Both the position numbers and the translations under genes were made by a program. Below the pieces are notes generated by a model, which did not search any database, was not told where the DNA came from, and was given only the letters and a program-made list of their open reading frames with translations. A DNA stretch of 64,000 nt from Marsupella aquatica (taxonomy: Eukaryota > Plantae > Marchantiophyta), in NCBI GenBank assembly GCA_973895155.1, contig OZ316892.1, positions 20,647,619 to 20,711,618 of the forward strand. Reading direction: 5' to 3'. This document shows, piece by piece, positions 58,289 to 64,000 of this stretch. Position 1 is the stretch's first letter, and each line of letters starts with the position of its first letter.

Positions 58289-59618
58289 ACGATTTGCCGC
58301 AGTATCCACCGTCTGCCCTCCCTAGTAAAAGTCTGGAAAGGGAAAATCTTCCCACTAGTTCTCCACAATGCCCGTTTTTTTAAAGCAAACAGCATGTCAA
58401 ATACGAGTACTCATCTAAACCAATTGATCTTGCTTAAGAGCAGGTATAGGATAGGTACCGCAGAGGCCACGCTAGGTCTAAATTCAAATTTTCTTCTCTA
58501 CACAAAGTTGGACATGTCACATTCGTTAGAGATCATAGTAACTGTCTTGCACCTATACATTGGTTCCATTATATCTATAAGTGCAAGCGCAAGAGACTTG
58601 ACACTTTCTAGAGACTTTGTTATAAGTGCAGGCACACAATACTTGACATTTCTAGTTACTTTGTTACAAGCGCAAGGACAAAAGACTGCACTCTTGGTCG
58701 AGGTTTCTTGGTATCCCTGCCTGCCTAGAGGATGGCTTGTGCTGGACCATATTTCAAGATGTGCTGTACTTATCAATAAAGACCTCCTTTATCCCCGTGC
58801 ACTTGTGGGCAATTGCAAGTATACAAGTATCCTTTGCACTGACATATTTTTTGTCTTGTGAGACCCAACTTGCACATACAAGCTGCAAGAAAACTGCAAA
58901 ACCACGGAAAAAGGAGGAAATATTGGGGAAGAAGGCCCCGCCTTGCAATAAAGCTTGTGTTGCACTTATACAAGTTCGACTGTCTCACATTCTAAGGACA
59001 TCTACAAGTTCTTGTTAAACTTGGAAAATTGTCCAACAGTATTTTCAGGACTTGAAAACGTTTTCTGGAAGGGCGCTAAGGCCAGAAACTTTACTTTCAT
59101 GAGGCTGAAAAAGGTGAAGTCCAAACGATCACCCAGTGAAAATTGGAAAGGAGCGAAAGTGAGTGCTCTTAACCAGAGTAACCGCGGAAACCAAAGTAAG
59201 CTAAGCATAGTTCTATCAAACTAGAGGTCAAGAATAAGGAGAAACTTCTATGGATTGAACAGTGCATCACTAATGATTTGAGGTGTTTCACAGTTCAGTG
59301 TTGAGAATCTAAGGCTAAAGCAATCGGTGGGTTCCCCTCGAAAGTAGTGTCTACTGAAAAGGGGATGCAAACACCAAAAGACAAATAAACGGTCACGACT
59401 GCACAAAAAATTTAGCGCCAGGAAACTGGACTCCCAACAGCGCTTCTATTGATCTGGACGGAGTATGTTAGTAGTCCCTTGAAGATCTATTCTCGTATGT
59501 AGAGTAACCAATTGTAAGATCAATTGCAGATTCCAAGTCGGCTTCACAATGAACACCCTTGTCTTCACTCCTTGATTTTCACTCCACCTTTAGTTGCTCT
59601 CAGATTTGCAGAGGTGAT

Positions 59619-59866
59619 GTTTTAGATGATTCAGCTCATTCACTTATTGAAGCGCCAGTGTGAACGATTCAGCTCATTCACTTTATTGGAGGGCCAGGAT
59701 GCAAAGTTTTAGGCTCGGGAGATGGACCTCAGCCCCATATCCAGCTCATACTTTATTGAAGTGTCAGTGTGAAAGATTCAGCTCATTCACTTTATTGGAG
59801 CACCGGTGTGAAAAGTTTTAGGCTCGGGAGGTGGACTTCAGCCAGTGGGGCTGAGGTCATCTAAAA
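59619..59866. repeat. Small compound repeat (nested ~38-bp and ~110-bp direct repeats with inverted ends)
   Basis: CAGCTCATTCACTTTATTG-like x4; TTTTAGGCTCGGGAG x2; TTTTAGATGA / TCATCTAAAA inverted at the ends. Confidence 0.65.
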
Positions 59867-60589
59867 TTACAGAACTCAGAAGTTCGTGCCGTTCTAATGA
59901 CCCACTTTCCTTCCTTGACTTGTAATCCTTAAGGTCATTGATACCCGTCGGGATAAATCCAGATCGAAGAGCGATTCAGTTTAAGGAATCATTAACTTGA
60001 ATTTTGTTTGTCATGGGATAGATTGATAGTCCTAGATTAGAACTGCATTCTACTCAAGTTTCTCGCCTCGTACGTGCCAACATTAGCCAGTTTTGCAGAT
60101 TCATGCCCAGGCACTTGTCGTGACTTGCTATCTAATCCTCTGTCAAAGACGACAGATATTGCACTAAACTTCCCAAAATTCTGTCCTCTCGAACTGTACA
60201 ACTGACACAACGGCCATCATATTAATAAATTGCCTCCTACACAAGTCCACAGAAACAAGGAGTCACCCCACATGTCGTCTACCCACTGGGCCCAAAAAGG
60301 AGAAAGTTCTTCCGAACTACCCGGCATCTACTTCAGAATAAAACCCTAAGACCTGTAGCAACGTCCCCCACAAGGCTATGCACAAAACGAGGCAAGCTAC
60401 TTGAGTCTCGTATCAACAAAAAAGTGAAGTGGAGGTTTCGAGACTTGTTCCGAGCTCTCAAAACCACATTGCTCATCGGGGCACTGTGTGTCCAATTTTC
60501 CTTGTGCTCCTAAGAGCAAGCACTTAAAAAACCCACAGAGCTTGGCCTGTATCCTGCTTGATTATGAAGGACAACCATCGTCTGCAGGA

Positions 60590-62017
60590 CTAAGTATCTT
60601 TCTTACTAGTAGATCTTGAGTGTTGCCGATCAAAAGAGGAGACCTGCGTACGAAGATTCTCATTGTCTTCCAGTAAACGTTCATACTCTAGAGCCATTCC
60701 TTCTGATTGCTTTCGGATGGCCTGAGCATTCGCTTCAGCAGCCTTGGTCTCCTTGTCCTTCGTTTGGACTTCCTTCTGCAACTGCTCCACCTTCCCCCTT
60801 AAGTCTGCAATGACCTCCTTCAGAGATATGATCTCCCCTTCAGATCCATCTTTACTAGGTGATCGGTTCTTTTCTTCTTGAAGTCTTAGATACTCGGTTT
60901 CGGCATTCTTGCATTGTTTCTTCAGAACATCTAGTTGTACTGTTAGTCCACGTTTCCCTCGCAGATAGTAATGCACACGGTTGATCATCAAAGCCAGCAA
61001 CATGATAAAGCCTGAATCAAACCACAGATGGCTATAAGATTCACAATGAAGGAAGCAAAGCGAAGACAAAGGTCATGGCTATACCTACGATCACAAGGGG
61101 ACCCAAAATAGTCGATTCTTTGGCTACTGTGAGTACTGGGAGCACTAGTACCTTTTTGTAAAAGGCCACGGCAGATAGTGGGCAGGTTAAAGCTCGACGA
61201 GAAGACGGAGACAAAAGATGGAGCTGACTGATTGCAATTCCAAATTACATTTGAGTTCCAAAGCCTAACGGATTGCTGGCTCAGGACTATCATCCTCATC
61301 ATCCAGAACTTTATCTTGGTAAGCGGTTTGTAAAGAAGGCATTGAATTGATTGACTGGCAAAAACCACAGCTATACACACTTAGGCAACTAACACCAGAA
61401 GTAGATATTTCGATCAAGTCAAGTCTCTCTGCAGAGATCGCTTCCGCCAAGAAGGGAGGCAAACTCAGAACAAATTTCAAAAGTGCAGCATCCTACAAAC
61501 CGAAAGATTGCAAATTCTCGTCGTCTGATGGCTGTTAACTGATGGCTGTTAAATTCTGACTCGTCTGATGACTGTTGACTCAACATTCCAATGAGAACGT
61601 AGACAGCCAAGCCCGAATCCTTTTGACCACCTGTAAAACCGACTTCCTCCTCAAAGAGCACAGTCATCTACTACGAACAAGCGAGTGTAGCAGCAGGGGG
61701 AAGTACATACCACTAAGGGCCGATTCGAGCTCTGCAGTACGGAGGACAAACGTTTCCGATTGGTCAACAAAAGCCCCATGCCCTTCCTTGTGCTCCATTA
61801 TCACGTGTCTCTTAGCCGTCGTGTAGGTCGAGACAGAAGACGCCAAAAAAATAGCAAGTGTCACCGTGAGAGTCTTTGTTACTGCAGAGCCTCTGGTCGT
61901 CGTGCTCAGGTCGATCATCGCGCATGCCAGCTTCTCCAGAGGTGGCACTTTACTGATCAGCATAACTGCTAACGCCGTTTCGAGGAATAACACGGCCGTG
62001 AGCACCGGGAGCATCAT
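60590..62017 (-). CDS. BAP31/BAP29-like ER membrane protein, 242 aa; exons 62017-61711 and 61011-60590
   Basis: Three hydrophobic segments, LESALSG|FIMLLALMINRVHYY splice (phase 1, GTATGT..TTCAG), coiled coil with AIRKQSEGMALEYERLLEDNENLRTQ, C-terminal KKDT di-lysine ER motif. Confidence 0.92.
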
Positions 62018-62985
62018 GATGCCAAACTCAATCAGCTAGTCGACCTGCCTAGAGGCACTACAAATGCTCCTCAAGCGGAGAGAATTCACAAAATCTAGCT
62101 GTATCCAATTCTTTTGCTTCTTCGCCTCGTCTTCACACCTCCACTGCCCTAACTCCGTTCGTACCTGTACACAAACCTCTTTTCCGACAGTAGACAAACA
62201 ACACCCAGCTCTCAATTAACTACAATAGCTATTGACGAGAATCCCCCTCTTCTCCACCCAAAAAAACTGCTCCAACACCAGGACGACGACACGAAAGTCC
62301 GGTCTCCTGATCTTCTCGTGAACTACTTTCAACACCCACCTCGATCGACAGACGATTCCACACTCAAAAACAACAACCCACAATCTTATTCGTAGGGAAC
62401 AGAACACGTTTGACCGTCTCATGAGCTTCAGAGAAGCACCAGCTCAAGAGCACACTGGTCTTCTGGGATGCCAAATCATCAGGAAGCGAAAGGCAGGATG
62501 ATTCCCGCACCGCACCGCACCGCACCGCCCCGTCGTCACCACCACTCTACTACGGGCAAAGACCACAAAGATTTCTAAAGCCCCGTCGTCACCACTCTAC
62601 GCTACGGGAACAGACAGCGAAGATCCCTCTGGACACCTGACGACTCATCCTGTCTAATTGGAGTACTTAGGGGCGAAATGAGTTACATTAGCTGAAATTA
62701 GCGCGCGACGACGGGACTTATTAATTATTAGAGGTCGTTTGGCTTTTGATTAGATTAATTAAACGAACCACCGACCCCATACGAGATGAGACACGGAGAA
62801 TCTCTGATCCTCATTAGACGCGGGAGGTACAGTAGGTACTACTTATCGAAGCTTTCTTCTATGGAGAGGTTCTTGGATTGGAGGGAACGAGGAGGAAGTT
62901 GAACCACCGGAAGCATTTCTTCTATTATTGGAGGAGAGGAGCCAGCTTTTTTCTTCTTGTTTTTAAAGTTTAGCCAAGGTGGTTA

Positions 62986-63298
62986 CTAGTTCTTCTTTTC
63001 TTTTCCCTTGAAAAGCCCATCCAATATAAGATAGACGGCTCGGGAGCATGCAATTCTATCTAGGGTAGCCACAAGGGGACAATAACCAGGATCCGCAAGG
63101 ACCCAGACCAGGAGAGAGAGAAGATTAAACCAGGGCCCCAAAGCGAGCCAACCAGGGGCTGAGACGATAATCAATATTCCCACCATTACACCCCACCCAC
63201 ACAGACCACACATATACCCTCCACACCTGAGTATTGAACCTGGGACCTTGAACCTGTAGGTTCTAGGCTCATGCCAATTGACCAAAGCCAATTGGTTT
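62986..63298 (-). mobile_element. tRNA-derived SINE (~310 bp)
   Basis: A-box TGGTCAATTGG (63284-63274), B-box GGTTCAATACT (63240-63230), A-rich tail AAAAGAAAAGAAGAA, flanking direct repeat GGTGGTTA (62978 and 63299). Confidence 0.6.
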
Positions 63299-64000
63299 GG
63301 TGGTTATTGTTTTACCCTACACACAAGCAAAGGTCTGGTTTTGGAGTATTTTATTTCAATTATACACTACTTTCTGACTATTGTAGAGCACTCCCCCTGG
63401 CTAACACTCCCCCAAAACATTTAGGTGATGGCAAATGAAACATATTTTTTGGAATTTCAGTACTCCAAACTGTCTTGGGTGGGTTTCATGGTTTCAGGTG
63501 CTTGTAATATTGAAGAAACTATAAATTGAACAAAAGGTTATGCCTCAAAGGTGCTTGCAGTAGTTGTAGGAATTACAGAAAATACAAATATATGAACTAG
63601 GTCTTTTGAGCCTGCAAGACAATTTCCCCTTAAAACGAACAAACATGGAAAACAACAGTTCAAATTGAAGCCACACATTCCCAGTGTGCACTATTCAAGG
63701 CAAACACATCATTTAGTGAGACAAAAAGTGGGACTTCTTGTGATTTTTTCCCCTTTTTTAAGGGGAAATCTGTGAAATTACACAGATAAGAAACACTAAG
63801 TTACAACATTTGACCCCAAGATCTATGACACTCTACTCAAATGAGTTATTACACGACAATGCCTTTATGTGAACTCTAATGATTGTGACACCTGAAATAA
63901 TGTGACTCACATTATTTTATGTGAGACTAACACTAAATGTGGTGGAATATGTGAGACATAATTTAAAGGCTACACAATTAGTGAGATTAACACTAATTGT

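Noticed and set aside
63225-63292. Possible tRNA gene
   Set aside because: A and B boxes present but no convincing cloverleaf; body, tail and TSD fit a SINE better.

Overview
Eukaryotic land-plant-type genomic DNA (spliceosomal introns, plant TE families; a bryophyte or other early-diverging plant is an inference). Positions 1-52 kb are a nest of transposons and 54.6-64 kb holds two convergent host genes. The centrepiece is an intact, very young 14.9-kb Ty3/Gypsy non-chromovirus element (27843-42711, minus strand, TSD GGCAC). Its two ~4.1-kb LTRs each contain a complete 618-aa ORF preceded by CpG-rich tandem repeats, and its gag-pol reads through the PPT into the 3' LTR. This element and a decayed Copia (45789-51290) sit inside a Helitron. 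Further left are a CACTA remnant carrying a MITE, an LTR-like insert and a decayed sister Gypsy, a PIF/Harbinger remnant, and a putative TIR element carrying an intron-containing pseudogene of a prokaryote-type N4C/N6A DNA methyltransferase. The host genes encode a tandem-Agenet + alpha-crystallin-domain protein (downstream of an 84/105-bp satellite) and a BAP31-like protein; a tRNA-derived SINE lies near the end. All domain calls are by eye; no database search was run.
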